Assembly: GCF_964213995.1 (NCBI RefSeq)
Contig: NC_135808.1
Location: forward strand, 90,334,001-90,398,000
DNA from: Mustelus asterias
Lineage: Eukaryota
Direction: 5' to 3'
Length of the DNA: 64,000 nt
A program made the position numbers and the translations under genes. Below the pieces are notes generated by a model that searched no databases, was not told the origin of the DNA, and worked only from the letters and a program-made list of their open reading frames with translations. Below, in pieces: positions 1 to 11,300 of this stretch. Every line of letters starts with the position of its first letter. Within the stretch, counting starts at the first letter, position 1.

Positions 1-89
1 TCAGATGTGTTGACACAGTCCTTAAAATGTTGGCAACTCAACGTCATCCCTACCCCAGAGGAATGTGGATGCTCAGTTGTTGAGTCTAT

Positions 90-214
90 TCAATACTGCG
101 GATGCTGGAATCTGAAACAAAAACAGAAAATGCTGGAAAATCTCAGCAAGTCTGACAGCATCTGCAGAGAGAGAATAGAGACAACGTTTCAGTCTGGATG
201 ACCCCTTCCTCAGC
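90..214 (-). mobile_element. Short Penelope-like terminal repeat, second family, with degenerate hammerhead
   Basis: Minus strand CUGAGGA-A-GGGGUC(AUCCA)GACU-GAAACGUU; related copies at ~2641-2772(+) and ~60924-61022(+). Confidence 0.55.
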
Positions 215-248
215 TTTGCAAGCTTTTCGAGGTTGGCATATATGACAT

Positions 249-1790
249 CCATAGAAACATAGAAAAAATACAGCACAAACAGGCCCTTCGGCCCACAAGT
301 TGTGCCGAACACATCCCTACCTTCTAGACCTACCTATAACCCTCCATCCTATTAAGCTCCATGTACTCATCCAGGGGTCTCTTAAAAGACCCTATTGAGT
401 TCGCCTCCACCACCACTGACGGCAGCCGATTCCACTCGCCCACCACCCTCTGTGTGAAAAACTTACCCCTAACATCTCCCCTGTACCTACCCCCCAGCAC
501 CTTAAACCTGTGTCCTCTCGTAGCAGACATTTCCACCCTGGGAAAAAGCCTCTGAGCGTCCACCCGATCTATGCCTCTCAACATCTTATATATCTCTATT
601 AGGTCTCCTCTCATCCTTCATCTCTCCAAGGAGAAAAGACCGAGCTCCCTCAGCCTATCCTCATAAGGCATGCCACTCAATCCAGGCAACATCTTTGTAA
701 ATCTCCTCTGCACCCTTTCAATCTTTTCCACATCCTTCCTATAGTGAGGCAACCAGAACTGACCACAGTACTCCAAGTGGGGTCTGACGAGGGTCTTATA
801 TAGCTGCATCATTATCCCCGGACTCCTAAACTCAATTCCTCGATTGATAAAGGCCAGCACACCACACGCCTTCTTAACCACCTCCTCCACCTGCGGGGCT
901 GCTTTTAGAGTCCTATGGACCCGGACCCCAAGATCCTTCTGATCCTCTACCGTACTAAGAGTCTTTCCCCTATATATTGTACTCCTTCATCCCATTTGTC
1001 CAACCAAAATGGACCACGACGCATTTATCTGGGTTGAAGTCCATCTGCCACTTCTCCACCCAGTCTTGCATCCTATCTATGTCCTTCTGTAACTTCTGAC
1101 ATCCCTCCAGACTATCCACAACCCCAGCAACCTTCGTGTCGTCGGCAAACTTACCAACCCATCCCTCCGCTTCCTCATCCAGGTCATTTATGAAAATGAC
1201 AAACAGCAAGGGTCCCAGAACAGATCCCTGGGGCACACCATTTAGAAAAAGACCCATCTATACCCACTCTCTGCCTCCTTTGGGCAAACACAGTAAGAAG
1301 TTTAACAACACCAGGTTAAACTTCTTACTGTGTTTACCCCAGTCCAACGCCGGCATCTCCACATCCTTTGGGCAAGCCAGTTCTGGATCCACCGGGCAGC
1401 AGCCCCTTGGATCCCATGCCCTCTCACTTTTTCTAGAAGCCTTGCATGGGGGACCTTATTGAACGCCTTGCTAAAATCCATATAAACCACATCTACCGCC
1501 TCCCCTTCATCAATGTGTTTAGTCACATTTTCGAAGAACTCCACCAGGCTCGTAAGGCACGATCTGCCCTTGACAAAGCCATGCTGAGTATTCTTGAGCA
1601 TACTAAACCTCTCTAAATGCTCATATATCCTGTCCCTCAGGATCTTCTCCATCAGTTTACCAACCACTGAGGTTAGACTCACCGGTCGGTAATTTCCTGG
1701 GCTATCCCTATTCCCTTTCTTGAAAATAGGAACCACATCCGCAATCCTCCAATCCTCCGGCACCTCTCCCGTCTCCATCGACGACGCAAG
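249..1790 (-). mobile_element. CR1 LINE, 5'-truncated
   Basis: ORF2 fragments [34 protein letters not shown]; TTTCTATG-type tail. Confidence 0.93.
1288..1363 (+). mobile_element. 76-bp Penelope tail micro-insertion with hairpin, inside CR1
   Basis: TSD TCCTTTGGGCAA at 1276-1287 and 1364-1375; tail CCAGTCCAACGCCGGCATCTCCACA matches the 51546 element. Confidence 0.85.
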
Positions 1791-2084
1791 TTTGGGCATT
1801 GAGAGGAACACATTCTATGTTTATCATTGCAGTGAACGGATTGTGAGCAGCAGCACAGGCTGTTAAGACTGATTCAGCCACACAAGTCATTATCTCTCAT
1901 GTGGCACACAGCTCCTGTTGCCTTTCCTTCTCCATTGTCATCATTTTCCCAACGGCCCTCCCCTTCACTGCCATAACATTTCCACTTCTTTCAATGACAT
2001 CCATTTCCCCCTCCACTTTCATTGCTGTCCTCACCGACACAGACAGGAGAATAAAGTCTCTTCCAGTGCACTAGTTTCCAACCA

Positions 2085-2261
2085 TAGGGTGACAGAGGCG
2101 CATGTGCTGCCCAGGGTAACGTCTGACTCAGAGGCGGCTGACGAGGTGACGTTCAATGCAAGAGGCGGGCCTGCCACTGACGGCGTGACGTATGACGCAG
2201 AGGTGGTCTGCCGCTTGCGCCGTGACGTACAACGCAGAGGCGGCCTGCCGGCGCGGGGACC
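2085..2261 (+). promoter_or_regulatory. MAGOH CpG-rich promoter/5'UTR with clustered CRE half-sites
   Basis: TGACG at 2139, 2147, 2178, 2186, 2193, 2223; TGACTCA at 2124; local CpG enrichment. Confidence 0.65.
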
Positions 2262-2349
2262 ATGTCGAGTGATTTCTATCTGCGGTATTATGTGGGGCAC
2301 AAGGGCAAGTTTGGCCACGAGTTCCTGGAGTTCGAGTTCAGGCCGGACG
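2262..2349 (+). CDS. MAGOH: MAGOH exon 1 (coding part)
   Basis: GACCATGT start; [30 protein letters not shown]; donor gtaagt. Confidence 0.97.
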
Positions 2350-5300
2350 GTAAGTGTTGACCGGAATGTCCGAAGCGGTGGTGAATCTAGAGCCTGGGAA
2401 AGCTAGGAGGCGGCGGAGGGGGGAAAGGCTGGGCCCAGGCTCCCGGGCCTCACGCTGGGCTGAGTGTCCGAATCAATGTGCACCAGCAGCAGTATCCATA
2501 TGGCTCCTTGTACCGCTCCCTGACTAAACAAATACACGCCTTACAGCTCCCCCCACACTGCTTTCTTGTTAACAGCCATTTCAGGGTCTTTGAAGCTCAG
2601 TGTTCCCGGGATTTGAAACAGCATTAATATCCCCAGAAGACTCAGAGGAAGGGTTATCCAGACTGAAACATTGACTCTAATCTCTCTCCACAAATGCTGT
2701 CGGACCTGCTGAGATTTTCCAGCATTTTCAGTTTTTGTTTCATATTTCAGCTTCCACAGTCATTTGCTTTTATCCCCAAGCACACTGTTGTGTTTGTCTA
2801 CTGAGCATTAATTCATTCACTGTGGTGGCCTGAGGATGTCCTGCTAGCAGCTTTACATGGAATTTACAGCACAGAAACAGGTCATTTGGTCCATCTCATC
2901 TGCTGTTTACATTGCACACAAGCCTCCTCTCACCCATTTTGGGCAGCATCGTGGCACAGTGCATTGCTGCCTCACAGTTCCAGGGACCCAGGTTCAATTC
3001 CAGTCTCGGGTCACTGTCTCTGTGGAATCTGCAATTTCTCCCTGTGTCTGCATGGGTTTCCTTCAGGTGCTCTGGTTTCCTCCCACAGTCCAAAAATGTG
3101 TAGGTTAGGTTGATTGGCCATGCTAAATTGCCCCTTAGTGTCAGGGCGATGCAGGGTAAATGTGTGGGGTTATGGGAATAGGGCCTGGGTAGGATTGTTG
3201 TCAGTACAGGCTTGATAGCCTCCTACACTCGGGATTCTGTGATTCTGATCACACTATCACAGTGGCCTTCAGCTTCTTCCTTGTGTGTTTATCAAATTCT
3301 TTGAATGTATCTGTGTTAGAATCATAGAATGGTTACAAGACAGAAGGAGGCCATTCCGCACATTGTCTCTGTCTGTTTTCTGCAATAGTAACTTAGCTAG
3401 TCTCACTCCCCTGCCTTTTCCCTGTAGCCCTTTAAAATCTTTTCTGATAATTATCCAATTCCCTTTTGAAAATTGCAACTTGAATCTGTTTGCACCACAC
3501 TCAGGAGTGAATTCCAGATCTAAACCACATGTTGCATAAAGAAGTTTTTCCTCATGTTGTCTTTGGTTCTTTTGTTAATCACCTTCGGATTCTCAATCTT
3601 CTGTTGATGGGAACAGTTTCTCCCTGTTCCTCTATCCAGACCCCACATGATTTTGGACAAGTATAACAAATCTTCTCTCAGCCTTCTTGTTGAGAGCAGC
3701 CCTAGTTTCGCTGATCTATTCACATAACTGAATTCTCTCATCCTCAGAACCATTCTTGTAAATCTTTTCTGCACCCTTTCTAAAACTTTCACATTCTTTC
3801 CGTTGAATCATGGTTTTATGCAGGTTCATAATGAACTTGCTTTTGTACTCTGTATCCCTTTTTAGAAAACCAGGGTTCGGTATCCTCAACCTGCCCTGCT
3901 GCCTTCAATGATTTATGCACATATACACCCAGGTCCCTCAGCTCCTGGATTCCCTTTAGAATTGTATCTTTTATTTTATGCCACCCCTCCTCATTCTTCA
4001 GACTGTATCACTTCACACTTCTCTATATTAAATTTTACCTGCCACATGTCCACCCACCCCACCACCCTGTCCATATCCTCTTGGGAGTCTCGCTTCATTC
4101 TCCTCACTGTTCACAATACTTCCAAGTTTCGCATCATTTGAAAATTTTGAAATTGTGCCCTGTACACCCAAATTTAGGTTATTAATATAAATCAATAAAT
4201 AAGTTTTCCCTCAATTACCACACTTTCTTTGCTGTCACTCAGCTAACTTCATAGTCATGCTGCCACTGTCCATTGTATTCCATGGACTTCAACTTTGTTG
4301 ACAAACCTGTTATGAGGCACTTTATCAAATTTTGGAAGTCCATATACACCACATCAACCATGTTAGCCTTATCTGTCTACTCTTTTTGTTACCTCATCGA
4401 AAAACCCCTCCAAATTAGTTCAATACAATTCGCCTTTGATGAATCCTGTGCTGGTTTTCTTTAATTAATCCACATATGTTCAAGTGGCTGTTAACTTTGC
4501 CTCAGCTAATCCTTGGGGTAGCAAGTTGGACATTCTAACCAGTGTCTGGGTAAAGGCATTTCTCCTGAATTTCCCAGCAGCACAGTGGAGTTATCACTGG
4601 ACTACCAATCCAGGGATTCAATGTAATGCTTCTGGGACCCAGGTTCGAATCCCACCATGGCAGATGGTGAAATTTGAATACGATAAAAAATATGGAATTA
4701 AAAGATGACCATGAAACCATTTTCGGAACAACCCATCTGGTTCACCTTTGGGGAAGGAAATCTGCCATCCTTACCTGGTCTGGTCTACATGTGATTCCAG
4801 ACCAATAGCAATGTAGTTGACTCAAATGAAACAGAGGGCAGTTAGGGATGGGCAATAAATGCTGGCCCAGGAAGTGACGGCCACATCCCGTAAAAATGAA
4901 TAAAAAAGATTAGTGCCTTCCAGTTTTTTTTTCTCTGCAAGTGAATTACATTTGATAATGATGCAGCTATATAAGACCCTCGTCAGACCCCACTTGGAGT
5001 ACTGTGCTCAGTTCTGGTCGCCTCATTACAGGAAGGATGTGGAAAAGATTGAAAGGGTGCAGAGGAGATTTACAAGGATGTTGCCTGGATTGAGTGGCAT
5101 GCCTTATGAGGATAGGCTGAGGAAGCTCGGTCTTTTCTCCTTGGAGAGACGCAGGATGAGAGGAGACCTAATAGAGGTATACAAGATGTTGAGAGGCATA
5201 GATCGGGTGGACTCTGAGGCTTTTTCCCAGGGTGGAAATGGCTGCTACGAGAGGACACAGGTTTAAGGTGCTGGGGGGTAGGTAGAGGGGAGATGTTAGG

Positions 5301-8300
5301 GGGAAGTTTTTCACACAGAGGGTGGTGGGCGAGTGGAATCGGCTGCCGTCAGTAGTGGTGGAGGCAAACTCAATAGGGTCTTTTAAGAGACCCCTGGATG
5401 AGTACATGGGACTTAATAGGATGGAGGGTTATTGGTAGGCCTAAAAGGTAGGGATATGTTCGGCACAACTTGTGGGGCTGAAGAGTCTGTTTTGTGCTGT
5501 AGTTTTTCTATGTTTCTATATGGCTCTCACTAGGTGTACCATCATTCTTCACTGCAGAGAAATGGAATATTTCTGTTCTGTACACTTTTTGCAAGTCCTT
5601 GTTTAATTCCTGGTCTGGCAGTGCCTTGATTTTAAAATTTTCATCCTGGTTTTCAAATTCCTCTGTGGTTTTGTTCCTCCCTATCTCTGTAACCTGCTCA
5701 AGTCCTACAACCTTTTTGGATCTCTGTGCTTTTCCAATCCTGGCCTCTTGTGCACCCCTGATTTTAATTGTTGCATCACTGGTGGCCGTGATTCAGCTAC
5801 CAAGGTCCTAAGCTCTGAAATTTCCTTCCTAAACATCTCTGCCTCACTAGTTTTCTCTCCTCCTTTAAGACACTCCTTAAAATCTACCTTCATTACCAGA
5901 TTTTTGATCACCTATCTCCTTATCGCTCCTTATCTGATGAGGTGTCAAATTTTGTTAACAGGTGTAGTGGGATGCTTTATATCAAAGGCGCCACATAATT
6001 GCAAATTGTCATTTTGCTGGCATGGGGTTCATTTGTATCTATATGCATATAGATGTATATTTTAAAAATCCAATATAAATAACATATATAATGTGTAGAA
6101 CTCGATCTAATATGTACTCATGCACACCTTTATTTATGAGGCGGCACAGTGGTTAGCACTGCTGCCTCACAGCATCAGGGACCTGGGTTCAATTCCCGGC
6201 TTGGGTCACTGTCTGTGTGGAGTCTGCATGTTCTCCCTGTGTCTGCGTGGGTTTCCTCCGGGTGCTCCGGTTTCCTCCCACAGTCTGAAAGACGTGCTGG
6301 TTAGGTGCATTGGCCATGCTAAATTCTCCCTCAGTGTACCCGAACAGGTGCCGGAGTGTGGCGACTAGATTTTCACAGTAAATGTAAATCTACTTGTGAC
6401 TAATAAATAAAGTTTAACTTTATTGCACACAAAAGCACCATGAAGGAAATAATTACAACATCCGTCCAACCCCATAACTCATCAACAGAGTCAACCCGGA
6501 AGTAATGAATCTACTGTTCCCTCCTCCCTGTATTCTACTTGTAGGTCTAGAAAGCATTTCCAACAAGTTATTACTTTTTAACCTGCTACGATATCAATTC
6601 TAGGTGCAAAAAACTTGAAAAATATCTTACAGGGGCAATCATAAATATAGAAAATCGAAGCAGGCGTAGGCCATTCAGCCCTTCGGCCTGCTCTGCCATT
6701 CATTTTGATCATTGCTGATCATCGAATTTAATATCCTGATTCTAATTTCTTCTTGAAATCACATAATTTAAGATGCTGTGTTTGTTCCCATATCCAAATA
6801 TCCAATATTGATAATGTATCAATTTAACAAATAAGTTATTGAATAGAACAAAAACCTAATGATTGTGTCACAAAATTGAATGTTATTTTCTTTGGCTTGA
6901 TATATATATATGCCTGCAGATTTGGGACAAGAGCACCTCGTGCATCCCTGATTTTAGTTGTTACATCACTAGTGGCTGTGGCTTCAGACGCAAAGGTCTG
7001 AAGCTCTAGAATTGCAGCCCCCGCCCCCCCACACACACACAAAAATCTTTAGGATCCAATCCTGAGACCGGAAGATGGTGTAAATCAGTGTATGAAACAC
7101 AAAAAAAACTTGAGGTCACTTGTGGCTCTTGGCAGACCTGCTGCTTTTGTTTCTGAACCTCATTTCTGGGATACATTGCCAGAGTTTTAACTCGGCCTTC
7201 CTCCTTCCCCATCCTTTTAAGGAATGGTCAGTTCTACAGTCAAGTTTCTTCCTTTCTGTGATGGTCTCTAAGTATGTTCCATTTCAGCAGTGAAGGGTGA
7301 TGGAGTCTTGGTGAGATGACCCTCATAAGAAGTTGTTTTGAATTGAAACTTTGAAGAAAACCTTGGTGAAACTGTTGAAATAAAACATAAATATACTCAA
7401 ATTAACAACGCAAACAGGTTACAGTGGTTAGCACTGCTGCCTCACAGCGCCAGGGACCCGGGTTCAATTCCGGCCTTGGGTCACTGTGTGGAGTTTGCAC
7501 ATTCTGCCTGGGTCTGCATGGGTTTCCTCTGGTTTCCTCCTACAGTCCAAAGATGTGCAGGTTAGGTTGATTGGCCATGCTAAATTGACCCTTAGTGTCA
7601 GGGGGATTGGCAGGATAAATATGTGTGGTTATGGGAATAGGGCGTGGGTGGGATTGTGGTCGGTGCAGACTCAATGGGCTGAATGGCCTCCTTCTGCACT
7701 GTAGGGATTCTATGATTACATGATGGTATCATTAGCAAGTTCAAGGAGTTGCCAAGTGTTGGGAATCTCAGAGGAGACTATCTGATTTAACAACTTGTCA
7801 TTGTCTGGTCAGAATTAAAACTAACATTTGTTTTTGAGAGGGCTTATTTTGAGAGGTGTTAATTTCTTACTCCGCTGCACTCTTTTTTAATCTATGTCAT
7901 GTATGTAAATCAGCTTTAAGCCATAACTAAGATTACCAAAATTTTGTTTCTTGGTCAGTGCGTCCACCAAAACAGAGCACGGGGATTTTCTTACAGTATC
8001 TTAATTTTTAACCTGTCTACCCCAAATCACCAAGATAATAGGTTTGGAATCAGCCCTTCAAACGGTTGAGCAATCCTGTCATGCAGCTTTTTTTATCAAA
8101 AAATTAATGGGTGGGTTTGCGCTGGAAGTTAGAAATTGTTGCAGTGCGATCTTAGTGGTGTCATGAAGTCCGGGAGTTTCCAAGCTCCAGATTTTCTGCC
8201 CACAGTTTTTAAAGCTCGAGCATTCTCCATCAATAGGATCCAATCTTCTCCATTATATGTATTTTTTTACATATAATTTTGTAATGCCTGAATGGACGCA

Positions 8301-11300
8301 TGACAGAATTGATTGATCATCCTGATTTCGGCTGAGTTACTTAGGCAACAAATTGTACTTGTCTTCAATATCCTTGAGTTAGGGAGGATGGAAGAGTCAA
8401 CGTTCCTGTTTTTAGTTGGTATTCACCTATCCCTGCAGTAAAGTGCATTTGTCTGCGTGTCTGATGCAGATGCCATCATGCTTGGCTGTGATGACTCTAT
8501 GGTCAAATAGTTTGCTGACATTCACTGTGCATACTGTGCATACTTCACTGGGCTTACTTGTGGAAGATGTCCCTTGAGATGAATGGGTGACCATCAACAA
8601 TGGAATATTACACCAACGAAGAGCGAACGTCTTCTGGCAAAGGTAGAAAAAAAGAGTGGAAGTGTGAGGGGAATAGATTGGAATTTCATCAGTTCATAGC
8701 TTCCAGGGCTAAGTGTGTCAAAGATTTTGGCCAGAATGTTATGGCCGTTCACGCCAATGGGATTTTCCCATTCAGCTGCAGTGAACAGAGATTTGTCTGG
8801 GAGCCAAATTCTCCAACCTCGCTGCAGCAAGAGTATGGCATGAACGGCCAGTAAGATCGCAGTTTTCTGCTGAAGGAACTACACGTTTCAGGTTTCTCCT
8901 TTTAAAATAAACCCATCACTGATGCAACATTACCGAGTAGCAGAATATTTTGTTTCAGCATTGACAGTCTGCCTTAAGTACAGGGACTGAATATTATGGG
9001 CATCAGAGAAAGAGAAAAAAGTGATAAATGAATTGGCAACTAGTGTTCCATTGTAATGCCTTTAGCTAATGATACAAATCAAACTTGTTTCTCATTTGCT
9101 TGACAGGTAAACTCAGATATGCAAATAACAGCAATTACAAAAATGACGTAATGATTAGGAAGGAGGTAAGCATGCTTGAAACTTCATCTTTATGTTGTGA
9201 GTTGGAAAGGCTCAATTAATTTTGAAGATTGAATTCAAAATGGATGTCATTTAGATAGTAAAATGGCTTCTGACCTGAGATTGGATTTAATTTAAACTTG
9301 TTTTGTAATTTATACAGTTTTATACTTTCTTTTTAAATGCCAGTTTGTGGTTGTATGATTGTTGTAGGCATATGTCCATAAAAGTGTTATGGAAGAACTA
9401 AAGAGGATCATAGAAGACAGTGAAATCACAAAGGAAGACGATGCTTTGTGGCCCCCACCTGACCGAGTTGGGCGACAGGTCAGTATTATACTCTTTATTT
9501 CTCATAAACAAAGACGAAGCAGGCATATCATAGAACGTTTCAGATAAACAATGCACTACTTGGGTAACAGTTCTTGAACTCATCAGAACACTGAAGGTAT
9601 CATGGGTAAAACATTTTGTAAATTATACAGTACGTTGAGATATTTTAACACTTTTTTTCTCTTGAAGGTTCTAACTACATTGGCACACAGTCCAAGGGGA
9701 CCAGCGTGGCCATTTTCTGTTACACCTTGAGTGTTGTATCTAGTAGAAATTGGTGACTAGCTATGGATGTGGCTACAGCGACACTGCTTTAATAAAATAT
9801 ATTAAAGTTTGTAGAAAATTCCTTGCATACATTCACATTGCTATTAAATGTATTACTTGTATCTTTATACAATATGTATTACAATTTAGTATGACATTTT
9901 ATGGTATTTCTCTTCAAAGTTTGGAATTCTGGCATGAATTTATGAGACATAGCACATTTTAATGTAGTTTTTGGTAAGTTGGCCCCTCAACCAATATTGT
10001 TTTTGGAAAGAAAACTCCGGCTATTTGTGGGCCCTTGCTGTACACAATTCATTGCTATGTCTCCTTCATTACAACAGGGGCTGCACTTAGAAAATGAAGA
10101 GTTTCTTTTTTATAAAGCACTTTAATTTAACTGCTGAGTACGTAGACTCGCATAATTTAATTTTACCAACTCAAAAAGATTCTAGTACACATGCATTCAC
10201 CATACAAAAATGAGTATTGTAATTACATGCCCAATCATGATTTTTGATTTGATTTATTATTGTCACATGTATTGGTATACAGTGAAAAACATTGTTTCTT
10301 GCGCGCTTTACAGACAAAGCATACCATTCATAGAGTACATGGGGGAGAAGGAAAGAGTGCAATCTATTAACCAGTTTACTTGCGAATTATAAATGCACTT
10401 GGGTTACCAATTTGCCACAATAGCGAATGTCTGATATAACATGCATTAGATATATCGCAGTAGTGAAATTCTCATCTTTAAAGCAGCAGATTGATGGTTC
10501 AAGTTCCACACCAGAGACATGAGCACAATATCTCAACTGAAACTCAAGTGCAGTACTGAGAGAGTGCTGCACTGTCAGAGGTGTCATTTTTTAAATGTAA
10601 AAGATCCCATGACATTAATTTGTGTCCTGGCCAATATTTATCTCTCAACCAACATTGTTTTTAAAAAAGAAAATCTGTCTATTTGTGGGCCTTTGCTGTA
10701 CACAATTCACTGCCAATCTCCTACATTACAGCAAGGACTGCACTTAGAAAATGAAAAGTTTTTAACAAAGCATTTTCGACTGTCCCAAGGTTGTGAAAGG
10801 TGTTATATAAATGTAAGCCTTCCTTTATTTACAGTGCTGTATTAAACACTATAAAGTGCCTATTTTCCAAGGGTCCATTGTTTGCCTTCCGCTTTTCCAC
10901 ACCTTTATGCTGGTCCTCAACAATATCATCCATCACATTCTATACATGTGCCAGTGAGACCCAGCTCGAGCTCCCTTCCACCTCACTGAACTTACATATG
11001 TGCATGCTGTTCAGTTGCATAGTTAGCAGATGCATGGGCCCTGTTATGGCCAGATCATTTGTTTTTAGCAATACTGGTTGGGAGTTTAATGTTGGTCAGG
11101 ATGCCGGAAGAGCTCTTCCGCTTCTCTTTAATAGGGCCGTGGGATCTTTTACATCTGCCTGAGAGAGCACACAGGTTCTCATAGAATCATAGAACCCTCA
11201 GTTTAATGTCTCCTCTGAGAAAGGATATGTTCAACAATCTGCACTCCATCAGCAGTGCACTGAACAATCAGCCTAGATTATATACTCAGATTGTTGGAAG

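Noticed and set aside
1918-2406. 162-aa and antisense ORFs over the MAGOH promoter
   Set aside because: Stop-poor GC-rich sequence; the real coding frame is MAGOH exon 1.
4577-4660. tRNA genes suggested by A/B boxes
   Set aside because: These are SINE heads followed by SINE bodies, with no complete cloverleaf.
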